The position numbers and the translations under genes are program-made. Below, in pieces: positions 1-13,437 of a DNA stretch of 64,000 nt. The stretch is taken from NCBI RefSeq assembly GCF_009914755.1, contig NC_060932.1; one strand, given 5' to 3'. This DNA is from the human T2T-CHM13v2.0 reference genome, Homo sapiens. The notes under the pieces are model-generated. The model did not search any database. It was given only the letters and a program-made list of their open reading frames with translations, and had not been told where the DNA came from. Within the stretch, counting starts at the first letter, position 1. The number at the start of each line of letters is the position of its first letter.

Positions 1-766
1 TATAACAAATAACCGGCAGGTATAGGGTCAGGTGCTGAAGGGATATTGTGAGAAGTGACCTAGAAGGCAAGAGGTGAGCCCTCTGTCATGCCTGCATAAG
101 GGCCACTTGAGGGCTCCTTGGTCAAGCAGTAATGCCAGTGCCTGGGAAGGCACCCATTACTTAGCAGACCGTGAAAGGGAATCTCCTTTCCTTGGAGGAG
201 TCAGGGAACACTCTGCTCCACCAGCTTCTTGTGGGAGGCTGGATATTATCCAGGCCTGCCCACAGTCATCTGGAGGCCTAAAGCCCTCCCTGTGGTGTTG
301 TGCTTCAATGGTCACTTTCCTTGTCCACTTTCATGTTCCTCCCATACTTCTGGTTACTCTTTGAAGTTCGTAGTAGATAGCGGTAGAAGAAATAGTGAAA
401 GTCTTAAAGTCTTTGATCTTTCTTACAAGTGCATAGAAGAAAATGCTGACGTATGCTGCCTTCCCTCTCTGCTTTGGCTACCAAGAAGGGAAGGGCCACC
501 TGTCCCATGATCACATGACTTGCTTGACCTTATCAATCACTTGGATGACTCACCCTCCTTACCTTGTCCCCCTTGTATTGTTTGCAATAAATGTCAGCGC
601 ACCCAGCCATTCTGGGCCACTACCGGTCCCCTCATCTTGGTGGTAGTGGTCCCCCGGGCCCAGCTGTTTTCTCTTTATCTCTTTGTCTTGTGTCTTTATT
701 TCTTACAGTCTCTCATCACTGCACATGGGGAGAACACCTGCTAAGCCCGTAGGGCTGGACCCTACA
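1..766 (+). mobile_element. MER11-family LTR (HERV-K11/HML-8), 3' portion; the window starts inside it
   Basis: Ends in the MER11 terminus ...gggctggaccctaca; AATAAA at 586-591; typical U5 ctgttttctctttatctctttgtcttgtgtc. Confidence 0.85.
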
Positions 767-919
767 GAAAATCTCATTTAAACCCCTACCCCACAAAGAG
801 CCTATAATCAAGTGACATTGACACCCCTCAGGGATGATCCTTTGGGGGACCAAAGTTCTCATGGGTTCTCTGTCAGTGAATTTCAGAGGATATATTTCAT
901 AGGTAAGAGGGAAGCTTTG

Positions 920-1095
920 GAGATGGATTGTCCTGCTTATTAGCTTTGTGACATTGGCTAAACTCCTCAGTTTTATCTGTCATACTGGGAAAATATCATC
1001 CACCTAATAGGATTGTTGGGAGGAATAAATAAGATAATTCAAGAAGAGGGCTTAGACCAATTCCTAGAGTGTAGTCAGTGCCCAGTAAATGCTGT
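920..1095 (+). mobile_element. MIR SINE fragment
   Basis: Degenerate MIR core: tagctttgtgacattggc...cctcagttttatctg...aggattgttgggagg. Confidence 0.6.
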
Positions 1096-1376
1096 GGCAT
1101 CTGGAAGGATCTTAGACCACATGACCAAGGAGTGGGGTTGGGAGTAGGGTGGCAGGCAGGGAACAACTTAAACAACAGGAATGGGATTGCATTTCTCAGC
1201 AGAGCCCATGTAATGGGACTCTTCCTGTAGCTAGTGATCCAGGACAGAGTGTTCAGAGGTAGGAGAGTGTGATGGGCCAGGAGACAAGGGAGGAGAATCC
1301 ATCAAGACAGATGCAGGCCATGCTGGGCTATGTCAAGTGCAACAACAGTGGCAATAGGACTTTGTACTTAGGAGGA

Positions 1377-1604
1377 TGTATTAGTCAGGGTTCTCTAGAG
1401 GGACAGAACTTATATATATATATATATATAAAATATAGGATATATGTATCCTATTAGTATATAGGATATATGTATATTAGTATATATATATTAGTATATA
1501 TATATTAGTACTTAATCATATATAATGCAAGTCTGAAACCCAGACTTATACATATATGGGAGTTTGTTAAGTGTGTGTATATATGTGTGTGTATATATAT
1601 ATGT

Positions 1605-1642
<38 letters not shown>

Positions 1643-2018
1643 GAAGGGGAGTTTATTAAGTATTGACTTACACAACCACAAAGTCCCACAATAGGCTGTC
1701 TGCAGGCTGAGGAGCAAGGAGAGCCAGTCTGAGTTCCCAAAGTGAAGAACTTGGAGTCCGATGTTCGAGGGCAGGAGGCACCCAGCATGGGAGAAAGATG
1801 TAGGCTGAGAGGCTAGGCCACTCTCTCCTTTTCACATTTTTCTTCCTGCTTTATATTCCCTGGCAGCTGGTTAGATTGTGCCCACCAGATTAAGGGTGGA
1901 TCTGCCTTCCCCAGCCCACTGACTCAAATGTTAATCTCTTTTGGCAACACTCTCACAGACACACCCAGGATCAATACTTTCAGTCCAATCAAGTTGACAC
2001 TCAGTATTAACCATCACA
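1377..2018 (-). mobile_element. MLT2A-type solo LTR (ERVL) with internal (TA)n/(TG)n/(CA)n microsatellite
   Basis: tgtattagtcagggttctctagagggacagaact ... gttgacactcagtattaaccatcaca. Flanks gagga/gatga (4/5 TSD). Microsatellite at ~1411-1641. Confidence 0.88.
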
Positions 2019-3397
2019 GATGAGGTGAGGACAGAAGTCAGCCTGGAGAGTCCAATGGTAAGGCAGTGGAGACACAGAAGGTAGACAGCTTCTGCTAGAA
2101 GCAAATCTGGGGAAGAAATGAAACAGAAGTCAGCAGCTTAAGAGTGCCATGGCAATAGGGACAGAGAAAGGAGGCCACATATCAGATAGAGCCCGTAGGT
2201 AATTAGAAGGTCTGGGGCATTTGGAAATAGGAGGTTTCAGTTAGAATAGTTTTGCTGGTGTTGCCATTTCACAACTTCTGGCTGGGGCAAGAGAGGGAGA
2301 AGGGTAGTGTTGTTACATTGACTGACCATGGGGACCACTTCAAGTACAGATGTGAGGACAGGAGGAGGCAGCCAGATGGGAGAAACTTGGGGGACCAAAG
2401 TGACCACAGCTGTAAAGAGCAGGAAAGAGGGGAACTGTAGAGTGCTGGAAGCCTGAAGGCTGTGTCTCAACACGGGAGAGAGGACTAGAGGGGGATAAAG
2501 ACTTTACCAGCCTTGTGACCCCAACTTCTAGTAGATGGCCACCCACACATGACAGGTATTAATATAAGTTGGTGGTGGGATGAAGAAACCATAGGTAACA
2601 TAGGTCTCATTATGCCCATTTTGCAGATGACCAGAGACACTTACTGTTTTGTTTAAGGTCACACAGCTAGAAAGTGCTAGGGCCAAGACCCGAAGTCAGG
2701 TCTCCAGAGTCCTGGCCTAGGGCTCTTTCCTTCAGCACATTGTCACTCTCTCAGGCTTTGCCACTTGCCTCCATCACACCTACTCGGAGCCAACCTCCTA
2801 TCCTCTTGACAGGCTTACAGGGAGGCAAGAGGGTGTTACGCAAAGGAAACTTTCTTCAAATTCTGCTTTTTCACTTGCAAGCTGTGTGGTCTGGGCCAAT
2901 ATTTTACCTCTTTATACCTCATCATTTCCTCCGTCAAACAGGAATGACTCAGCCTTCATGTAGCTGCATCTGAGACAGCCAGCTGGAATATAAACTCCAG
3001 GAGGGCAGGGACTTTTGCCTGTTTAGTCCTCTGCTTTGTCTCCAGCACCAGCACCAGCACCTAGAACAGCTCCAGGTCGTTCTGGTGTTAGTTAAGCTTC
3101 CTTGGAGAAGAAGAACCTCTCACTTCAGGCTTCTGTTCCCCAGTCTGACCAGAAGATGGCAGCAAAGGAAAGCGTGTCCCCTGGACAAGGCTGTTGCCGT
3201 GCTGAAGGCCTCTGCAGATTTCCTGATTGCTTGTCCCTGCATTAGGAAGCAGAGCTGTCACTGCTCCTTGAGCTTCAGAACTGTGGGCCTGTGCGGAGCC
3301 TAGTTATGAATCCTTTTTATAGAGGCCTGGTGCTGCTTGGGTGAGAAGGGGCAGCATGTGCAGGAGGTGCCTTTTGGGCCTCCATCTAGTAGAGCTG

Positions 3398-5765
3398 TGT
3401 ATTAATCCGTTTTCACACTGCTATAAAGACACTACCTGAAACTGGGTAATTTATGAAGAAAAGAGGTTTAATTGACTCACAGTTCCACATAGCTGGGGAG
3501 GACTCAGGAAACTTACAATTGAGGCGGAAGTTGAGGGGGAAGCAAGGGGTGTCTTACATGGCAGCAGGAGAAAGCATTAGAGGGGAACTGTCAAGCCCCT
3601 TATCAAACCATCAGATCTCATGAGAACTCACTCACTATCAAAAGAACAGCATGGCGGAAACCACCCCCATGATCCAATCACCTCTCACCAAATTCCTCCC
3701 CTCCACACATGGGGATTACAATTCGAGATAAGATTTGGGTGTGGACACAGATCCAAACCATATCATTCTGCCTCTGGCCCCTCCCAAATCTCATGTCCTT
3801 TTCACACTTCAAAACCAATCATTCCTTCCCAGCTATCCCCCAAAGTCTTAACTCATTCTAGCATTAACACCAAAGTCTCATTTTAGACTTGGACTTTTCA
3901 GTTAAAAGTCAAAAACTTTTGAGACAAGACAAGTTCCTTCCACCTATGAGCCTGTAAAATAAAAAACAAGTTAGTTACTGCCAAGATACAATTGAGGTAC
4001 AGGGACTGGGTGAATGTTCCTGTTCTAAATGGAAGAAGTTGATCAAAACGAAGGGGCCACAGGCCCCATGCAAGTCTGAAACCCAGTGGGGCAGTCATTA
4101 AATCTTAAAGCTTTGAAATGATCTCCTTTGACTCCGTGTCTCACATCCAGGGCATGCTGATGCAAAGGGTGGGCTCCCACAGCCTTGGGCAGCTCCACCC
4201 CTGTGGGTCTGCAGGGTATAGCCTGGCATTGAGTGCCTGTGGCTTTTCTAAGTGCATGGTGCAAGCTTTCAGTGGATCTACCTTTCGGGGGTCTGGAGGA
4301 TGGTAGACCTCATCTCACAGCTCCACTAGGCAGTGCCCCAGTGGGGAAACTGTGTGGGGCTTCCAACCCCACATTTCCCTTTCACACTGCCCTAACAGAG
4401 GTTCTCCATGAGGGCTCTGCCCCGGCAGCAGACTTCTGCCTAGACATTCAGGTGTTTCCATACATCCTCTGAAATCTGAGCGGAAGTTCCCAAAACTCAA
4501 CTGTTGTCTTCTGTCTACCCACAGGCCCAACACCACATGCAAGCTGCCAAAGCTTCTATGTAGTACTGGGCTGTGGATAGCAATGGTCTGGGCTGTACCT
4601 TGGCTCCTTTTAGCCATGGCTGGAACTGGAGTGACTGGGATGCAGGGCAACAAGTCCCAAAGCTTCACAGAGCAATGGGGCCCTGGGCATGGCCCATGAA
4701 ACCATTTTTCTCTCCTAGGCCTCTGGGCCTGTGATGGGAGGGGCTGCTCTGAAGGGCTCTGACATGCCCTGGAGACATTTTCCCCATTGACTTGGCTATT
4801 AACATTTGGCTCCTTGTTGCTTATGCAAATTTCTGCCACCAGCTTGAATTCCTCCACAGAAAATGAGTTTTTTTTCTACCACATGGTCAAGCTGCACATT
4901 TTCCAAACCTTTATGCTCTGCTTCCCTTTTAAACATAAGTTCCAATTTCAAGCTATCTCTTTGCGAGCACATATTGCTGTACACTGTTAAGAGCATCCAA
5001 GCCACCTCTTCAACACTTTGCTGCTTAGAAATTTCTTCTGCCAGATACCCTAAATCAACTCTCTCAAGTTCAAAATTTCACAGATCTCTACAGCAGGGAC
5101 ACAATGCTGCCAGTCTCTTTGCTAAAGCATAGCAAGAGTGACCTTTGCTCCAATTCCCAATAAGTTCTTCATCTCCACCTAAGACCACCTCAGCCTGGAC
5201 TTCATTGTCCATGTCACTGTCAGCATTTTGGTCAAAACTATTCAACAAGTCTCTAAGAAGTTCCAGATTTTCCCACATCTTCCTGTCTTCTTCTGAGACC
5301 TCCAAACTGTTCTGACCTCTGCCCATTACCCAATTCCAAATTTGCTTCCACATTTTTAGGTTATCTTTATAGCAATGCCTACTTCCAGTACCAATTTCCT
5401 GTATTAGCCTGTTCTCATACTGCTGTAAAGAAATACCTGAGACTGGATAATTTATAAAGGAAAGAGGTTTAATTGACTCACAGTTTCACATGGCTGGGGA
5501 GGCCTCAGGAAACTTACAATTGTGGAGGATGGGGAAGGAGAAGCAAGTACATTCTTCACAAGGCAGCAGGAAAGAGAAAGAGAACAAAGGGGGAAGACCC
5601 TTATAAAACCATCAGATCTCATAAGAACTCACTTACTATCACGATAACAGCATGGGGGAAACTGCCCTTATGATCCAGTCACCTCCCACCATGTCCCTTC
5701 CGTGACATGTGGAGATTACAATTCAAGATGAGATTTGAGTGGGGACACAGAGCCAAACCATATCA
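3398..5765 (-). mobile_element. Full-length THE1/MST MaLR element (THE1D-like): LTR-internal-LTR
   Basis: LTRs at 3398-3765 and 5400-5765, both tgtatt...aaccatatca, with ~1.63 kb internal region. Perfect 5-bp TSD AGCTG at 3393-3397 and 5766-5770. Confidence 0.92.
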
Positions 5766-5989
5766 AGCTGTGTAAACACCCACCTATCCCTATGCCCAGT
5801 GCCCCAGTCTCAGATCACTGGGGCCCTGGGGGTGGGGACAAGGAGTCAGGGTGGGGTGTGGGCCAGATGCCAGCATTTGGAACATATAACAGCACCACCT
5901 CGGATTCGTACAGCAGTTGATCAGGAATCCTTGTCTACCACCTCATTTTGAGACTGGTGTGGTTATCATGGCTTGTTCCTTCAGGTTTG

Positions 5990-6830
5990 AGCTCAAAATA
6001 TAACCTCCCCAGGGATGACTTTCCCACTTAAGGTAGCCCCCACATTCTCTCATGCTTCTTCAAAGTGCTTACCATTATCAGAAGTGATTTTCTTTCTTTA
6101 TTTTGTAAGTTAGTTTTGAGTGTTTGTGGCCTTCCAATCACTAGGATGTTTGGGACAGGGCTGCTTTCAGTTCCCAATGGACCTCCAATGTGGAACAAGG
6201 TCTGGCATATAGGCATGTGTTCAGACAAGAACTGATGAGTGTTGCACAAATTGTGCCCACTTCCTAGCTATCATTCTCACTCATGATATATAGAATTTTA
6301 CATTGTATGGATCACACATTATTTAGGAATTTATGTGTTAATTGTCCCACTCCCCAGGGGTCTGTAAGCTGAGGGAGGGCAAGACCACACCTGCCTTGTT
6401 TGGTACCCTGTCCCTTGATCTTGCAGAGTATCTGGCACCCAAGGTGATCATAGAATTTGGGAGGTGAGGCACAGAGACGCTAAGGCACTCGTCGGTGAAG
6501 GACAGAGCTGGGACAAGGCTTGCCTTTCCCTTTCTGTCTGGTGCTCTTTCTCCACCGATGGCAGAATGCTGGGAGAACCATTCCCACAACCTACACCAAA
6601 GCCTTATTTCTGAACACATCTGTTGTTATCCTGTCTTGGGAGCTACGTGGGCTGGGCCTGGCTAGTAGTGGCTTTGTGCACAGGGTTACATTGAATTGAC
6701 ATAACAACCTTATGAGGGTACTCTTGTTAGTCCCTTTCTGCGTAGATGAGAAACCAAGACTCAAAGAGATTAAACACCTATCCAGGGCATTGCAGCTTAG
6801 CACAAGTGGAGGCAGCCTTTGAACTTGGAA
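5990..6830. mobile_element. Cluster of old L2 3'-end and MIR fragments
   Basis: L2 tail motifs (ggacagggctgc...ggcatataggcatgtgttcag; tgtaagctgagggagggcaag) and a MIR core (aaccttatgagggta...gatgagaaaccaagactcaaagag). Confidence 0.55.
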
Positions 6831-7716
6831 CTCTACTGTCTCTCTGAAGGCAGATGTGACCTAACACAAAGGAGATAAACAGAAGAATTCTGATTTCTGG
6901 TGAATCTTTCACCTTGTCTCAATCCTGTTGTCTGATATTTTAGCCTGCAAAGATGATTCAAATCATCTTGTCTTGCAGGAGTTTCATGAGGATCCCTGCA
7001 CTTTCTGTGATTGGTAGTTGTATGCATGCTTGAAATAGCCTCCGTCTCCTCCCTGTCCTTGTCTTCTTTTGTGTTCTTCAGAACAGTCTCGCCAGTGCCA
7101 GCTCCCAGCCTCCCTCTGCTTCAGAAAAGCAAGAGCCTAACCCCAGACTTTCCTGTTTTCTGCTGAGCCTTTGCTCTCCTAAACCCTATAGGAGCTCAGC
7201 TTCCCTTCCTGCACTGTGGATTGGAAGCTAATGGCATTCCCTCTGCAGGCTTTGGAGACTTGCCAAGTGGCCCCCCTGCCACTCTGGGCAGCTCCTCTGT
7301 CCAGGCCTCACCCCAAAAAATGGAGAAAAGAAATTAAAATGATGACAGCCAAGAATGAATCTAATGAGCAGGAGGAAGGCTGTAACCTGAGACTGAGGCT
7401 TGAGCTAAATTGGGCAGTGGGATCTCTAAGCAACTGAGAAAATCAACACCCTGAGCAAAACAAAGGGTATAACAGCCCCAGTGACTCTCGGCTGTGGCCA
7501 GGGCCCATTCTGGAAATCCAAGACTTTATCTAAAGGGGTTCCTGGCTCTCAGGTCTGAGAGAGAGGACATGGACTGGGGGCTTCTGAGTCCCCAAGGTGG
7601 CATGTGGCTGTCCATGACCTCTTCATAGCCACCCCACCCCCTTACCCAGGGATCTTCCATGGAAGACTTTGAGGATCTATTTGTTCTTGACTGTTGGAGA
7701 CTGGAGTGGGTGTCAT

Positions 7717-8871
7717 TGAAAACACTTTTGCAAAAGTTATAACACTGAGAAAATTATGACAGTGAAAGAGAGCTGATCTAACCAATCCCCACTTGCTTTT
7801 AACCTCCAAACAGCCCTTAGACATTCCTGAGGGTAAGCCAAGCTAACTTTGGGAGAAATTTAGTTTATAAATTTAAATGGTAATGGCCCTCCTGCAAAAC
7901 TAAACCACCTGTGTAAAGCTAATGAAAGACCATCAGGTTAGGAGGATGAGAGGAGCCTGAATTCTGTTAAGGTGTAGACATAAATGATTACAAGGTCACA
8001 AGATTTGCAACTTCCCCAATTACTCTACAGATAACATCACTATTATAGAATCTAAGATTGGCCTTTTGAAAAGCCTTTTCAGGTTTTTGCATTTCTGATG
8101 ACCGATGGCTCCACCTGGACCCACTAACTGGCCCTATGGTCCCATCCAGAAAGAGACTCAGCACATTTTCTTAGGACCATTTTCCACACCCCTATGATTG
8201 CATCCCCAACCAATCAGCAGCACCCATTCCCTTGCCCACCAAATTATCCTTGAAAAATCCTAGTGTCATTCACAGTAGCAAAGACATGAAATCAGCCCAA
8301 ATGCCCATCAATGATAGACAGGATAAAGAAACTGTGGTACATATACACTGTGGAATACTATGCAATATTAAAAAGGAAAATCATTTCCTTTGCAGGGACA
8401 TGGATGGAGCTGGAAGCCATTATCTTCAGCAAACTAATGCAGGAACAGAAAACCAAATACCATATGTTCTCACTTATAGGTGGGGGCTGAACAATGAGAA
8501 CACGTGGACACAGAGAGGGGAACAGCACACACTGGGTTCTGTTGGAGGGTAGGAGGTGAGGGGAGGGAGACCATCAGGAAAAACAGCTAACGCATGGTGG
8601 GCTAATACCTAGGTGATTGGTTGATAGGTGCAGCAAACTACCATGGCACACATTTACCTATGTAGCAAACCTGCACATCCTGCACATGTACCTTGGAACT
8701 GAAATAAAATAAGAAAAATCCTAGTGTCTGAATTTTCAGGGAGGCTGATTTGAGTAATAATAAAACTCTGTCTTCTGTGCAGGCTGCTTGGCTCTGTGGG
8801 AAGTAAACTCTCTATTTCAATTCCCCTGTTTTGGTAAATTGACTCTATCTAGAACCCATTGGATGGTAACA
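7717..8871 (+). mobile_element. LTR8-family solo LTR (ERV1, HUERS-P1) interrupted by an L1
   Basis: Starts tgaaaacacttttgcaaaagttataacactgagaaaattatgacagtgaaagag and ends aacccattggatggtaaca. Confidence 0.8.
8268..8712 (+). mobile_element. 5'-truncated primate L1 3' end (old L1PA/L1PB type) inside LTR8
   Basis: L1 3'UTR sequence (ggatggagctggaagccattatc...catgtaccttggaactgaaataaaat). Perfect 16-bp TSD GAAAAATCCTAGTGTC at 8252-8267 and 8713-8728. Confidence 0.92.
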
Positions 8872-9347
8872 GTATCGCACACTTCTGTCCCTCCTCCCTG
8901 TCCTCTTCCAGTGCTTTCTCTCTCCATAAGGAAAGAGGGGCTGCTGTATAAGTCAGAGTTCAGGACATCACTGGGCAATAATTTGCTGGGGGCAGGGTCA
9001 CCATACCACAATGCAGAAGCCCATTCTTTGTTCTTTTCTTACACTTTCTATTCCTCCATATGTGGCAGAGTTAGTAAACTGAATCAGGACTCCCCCCATC
9101 CCCTTCCAACTGGAGACCTGGCCATATATTTCTTCTTGTCACTCTGTCTACTATACTGGTTCCAAGGTTTCCACTGGATGGAGAAGTAGGTGGTCCTGCT
9201 TAGGTTGCAGCTGTTTTTGTAACTTGACTTTTACTAGGGGACCATCATCTGTCCACCATCAATCCATGAGTGCCACCATCTGCTGGTCCAGCTGCTAGGA
9301 AAGTGGCACTTTGATTCTGCTTCTGCTATTTCTTTGTGTGTGTGTGT

Positions 9348-9735
9348 TGACAGAGACTGTTTTCTTGGCCAAATTTTAGTTAAGCTCCTTTGCACCATCT
9401 TCTCAACTAGGCTTTGACTTTGGCCTTCTGTATCCATCCTGTCCTTGTTGGGCCTGCACAGCCCACTTTTAGAAGAATGCTGCTAAGTCATCTCTTCCTG
9501 CCTTGATATCTGATCAAGTCCTTCACCCCCCATATTTGATGTATAAGTTTTTGGCCCCGCTAACATTGATGTTCCTCTTAGTAATTTCCCATCCACTGAC
9601 CCTCACCCTGCTTCTGGGCTATAACCCCCCACTTGTCCTTTCTGTAGTTGAGTGTGATCTCTCTCTCTCCTATTGTAATACTGTTATTGCAATTATCTTT
9701 CTTACCATTTTAACCAGAGTTGGAATGATTTTTTC
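9348..9735 (+). mobile_element. MER31-like LTR (ERV1)
   Basis: tgacagagactgttttcttggccaaattttagttaagctcc...cttctcaactagg resembles the recalled MER31 5' end. The 3' end merges into a pyrimidine microsatellite. Confidence 0.65.
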
Positions 9736-9940
9736 TCTCTCTCTTTCTCTCTTTCTTTCTCTTTCTTTCTTTTTCTTTCTTTCTTCCTTTCTTCTTTCTT
9801 TCTCTTTCTTTCTTTCTTTCATTCTCTTTCTCTTTCTTTCTTTCTTTTTTTCCCTCCCTTCCTTCCTTCCTTCCTTTCTTCCTTCCTTCCTTCCTCCCTC
9901 CCTCCCTCCTTCCCTCCCTCCCTTCTTCCCTCCCTCCCTT

Positions 9941-10004
<64 letters not shown>
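9728..10004. repeat. Compound microsatellite: (CTTT)n/(CCTT)n/(CCCT)n/(CT)n then (TG)16(CG)4
   Basis: Read directly: ~235 nt almost pure pyrimidine, then alternating purine-pyrimidine at 9965-10004. Confidence 0.97.
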
Positions 10005-10005
<1 letters not shown>

Positions 10006-11520
10006 AGACAGAGCTTTCTCAGGTTCTCCTTGGGGAGGAAGAGGAGATGGGAAGAATGAGATTAGAGAACTCCTAGGTCCTTGGCCCTAACAGCCAAGTC
10101 GGGGGAAGTCAATAGTTCAATAAACTTTAATGCGTACTGTAGCATTGTGCCTGGGAGCACACATAAGAATGGTTAACCAAGTGTAGGGAGGTGGACAAGG
10201 AGAGAGCCCAGAGGAGAGGGTATCTTCCAATGTGAGTCCCAAACCCTGAATCAGTCAGAAAAGGAGAAGAAGGGAGCAGCCCAGGTAAAGGAGGCAAAGT
10301 AGGGAAACAGGAGTGGTCAGGGCATGCTGGAGGACATAAAGTGATTTTGTCTTCCTGGAGCATGAAGGGAGGGGAAGATTCGAAGGAAGGCAGAAGAGGG
10401 TACAGGGGCTGGGTCTGGAAGGACTTTTCAGGAAGTTTGGGCTGTATCTTCTGAGCAGGTGGACCTGGCTTCTGCTCACTGACATCTTCCTTCCTGAGTT
10501 TGTTCATTGGTTCATTTATTAGTTTATTCATTCAACAAATGATTTTGAGGACATACAATGGCCAGTCATTGCATTAGCCATGGAGTTAAAAACAAGTATA
10601 AGACATAGCCCCAATCTCAAGGAGTTCATATCTGATGGGGAAATCCAACATGCCGTCAGTTAGTTATTTGGGCTCCAATCACTTTTCTCCAGTGCATCAG
10701 TTCATATATGAGTTCTGGATGCTGTTGGCCTTAAATTGAGCTGGGACACTCTTCTTGATTATCTGTTTGTAACAAGTAGTCTTTAGAGGTGGAAGAAAGC
10801 TCCTGGAGAAGCAACAGTGGGACTCTGGGACTCTATTGAGAAAAAAAAAAAGTGTTGAGAAAACCACCTGGAAACCTCAGGGGATGTCTGACAAAGGAGT
10901 GGTTGGAGGAGCCAAGAGGTTCCCTGAGAGGGAATGTATTATAAAGAAAGAGATAGCAAAGAGTAAGCTTCACTTAACCAACTTAGCATCATGACCTAAA
11001 GATAATTCTGATCGTGAGCTCCATAATTCTGGCTGGTTCTTATTTCTATCTAAACCCAGTTGTTTTTATGCTGTGGTTACTTCCTGGAGACAACTATTCA
11101 TTTATGTGCATATCACTTAAGATGCATTCACCTACAAGTATCAGAAAAGTCTGGCGGCTCAAACAAACGGCTCTTTATCACTTATTTATAACATGTTATG
11201 CAGAGCAGTTATTCACTTTGATTCAGTGGCTCAGTGATGTCATGGCTTATGTCTATGTAATTCTCCTGGTTGTACCATATCATTATATAATGGCTGCTGC
11301 AGCTCCAGCTATTGCATCCATATTTGTGGCAGAAAGAGGCAGAGTAGGTTGGTGCTGCCCACATCTACTGCTTCTATCAGGAAAGAAGAATCTTTCCCAG
11401 AAGTTCTGAAAACAAATTTCCCCTTGACTCTCAGTGGTCAAAACTGCATGGAAAGCCAGGTAACATGGGGAGCAGGTTTATCATGAATGGCTTAACACAG
11501 AAGTTAGCAAACTTTTTCTT

Positions 11521-11820
<300 letters not shown>

Positions 11821-13311
11821 AGCAAGCTTTTTCTTAAAAGGCTAGAGAGTAAATATTTTGGGCTTTGTGTGCACTAAAAAGCAAAATTAAAGTTATTATG
11901 TAGATTCTTAAATGATCATTTAAAATGTAATTATTTAAAAATATAAAAACTATTTTTTGTCCATGGGCCATGCAAAGACTGGGATGGATTTGGCCTGTGA
12001 ACTGTATGTAGTTTGCCAAAGCTTGACTTAATCATGATTTATCACCCAGGACTGGGCATGTGGCTGTCCTGCATAAACTTGGGCAAAGATGAGAGATGGC
12101 AATTGATGTTGATCAGAAAACAGTGTCTGCCACAACCAGGACAAGACGCTCTGAAGTCTAGGCACCTTCTCCATGGGACAGCCCTTGACTCAGTCTGACA
12201 ATAGGAGGAAAGCAGTGTTCTTTCTTTACCTTGGTGAAAGACTTGGCTTCTTATGAAAGGATGGAGACTGCAACCAATGATGCTGGAGATTCTCCTCCTC
12301 TAATGTGACAGCTCAGCAGTGGATCTACAGTTCCCAAAGTGACTTCAACAGACGCAGTAGAAGCTGTGACTCCTGGCTCCACCACTGGCATCAGGGACTT
12401 TGCTGCTTGGGGCACTCAAGATCAGCAGGTCAGACCTGTAGCTCCTTGGTGCTGTCGAGGGGTTCAGTTGTTTTGGAATCTGGCTGGGAGAAGTGTGGGA
12501 GTTCCTGCTCCGCCACCTTGCAATCAACGAGATGCAACCAGAACTGATGGATGAACACATGGCAACCCAACTAAACGTGGGGAGAGAACCAGTGGTGCTG
12601 AGACGCAGCATGTGTGGTGGGCTGGAAGGGGACACTGGGCACGCTGCTTGCTGGTTATCAACTTGGGTCTACTGTCACTTCTAGGGTCTCCTCTGAGTCA
12701 CAGAGAAGCCAGGAACTGCATTTCCCAGAGCCCCTTCCCCAGGGACCCCTGAGTGACAGTTTTCCCAGGTGTAGGAGGTTCAAGGAATTTTAGATCTGAT
12801 TAAGGAAAAACATGACCATGAGCTGTGGCATGCACAAGCCTTGTTGTGGGGGCAGGGAGATAGATCAGAGAGGAGATTTGGTGTCTCTAGGTGGTGTCCC
12901 TCCACAGCACAAGGAAGGATCTGTTGGCCAGAGAGCTTTGAAGGGCAGCAGTGGCTTGGGGTCCTATAAGCACCATCTTATAGGCTCCATCTCACCAGGG
13001 GTCAGCAGATGCTGGGTATAGTTTCATGGAGTATAAAAAGCAGGCAGGCCCTAAATGGCTAAAAATCTGCTTGTGTGCACTATTTTAAAAACGAATGTGT
13101 GAAAAGCTGAGTTTGGCATTATCAGGTTTTTGATCTAATGGTTTTCAGCCTTCAGTGGAGAAATAAATGAAACTGTGCTTGACAGGGTTAAAGCAAGTGG
13201 TGACTTAGAGGAATTATTGAGCTTGTTTTACAAAATGGCAGATAAGGAGACAGGTTGTTGAAATCCCCCCTGCTTGCAAAACAGCAAAGCTGGCTGAAAC
13301 TTGTTGGAACC

Positions 13312-13437
13312 TGTTGCGGGAAGTCAGGGACCCCGAACAGAGAGACCTGCTGAAGCCGTGGCAGAACAACATAAATTGTGATGATTTAATGGATATTTAT
13401 CAGTTCCCCAAATTAATACTTTTATGATTTCTTATGC
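13312..13437 (+). mobile_element. MER11 LTR 5' fragment, abruptly truncated
   Basis: tgttgcgggaagtcagggaccccgaac...gaagccgtggcagaacaacataaattgtg matches the MER11 5' end; similarity stops after ~125 nt. Confidence 0.8.

Noticed and set aside
3898-5353. Overlapping ORFs up to 180 aa, with similar ORFs at 27040-28927
   Set aside because: Decayed MaLR internal sequence shared by the two THE1 elements, broken by stops and frameshifts; not a paralogous gene pair.
9503-10090. 195-aa ORF, the longest in the track
   Set aside because: It runs through an LTR and a pyrimidine/TG microsatellite; the F/L/S/P and CV repeats are a translation of low-complexity DNA.
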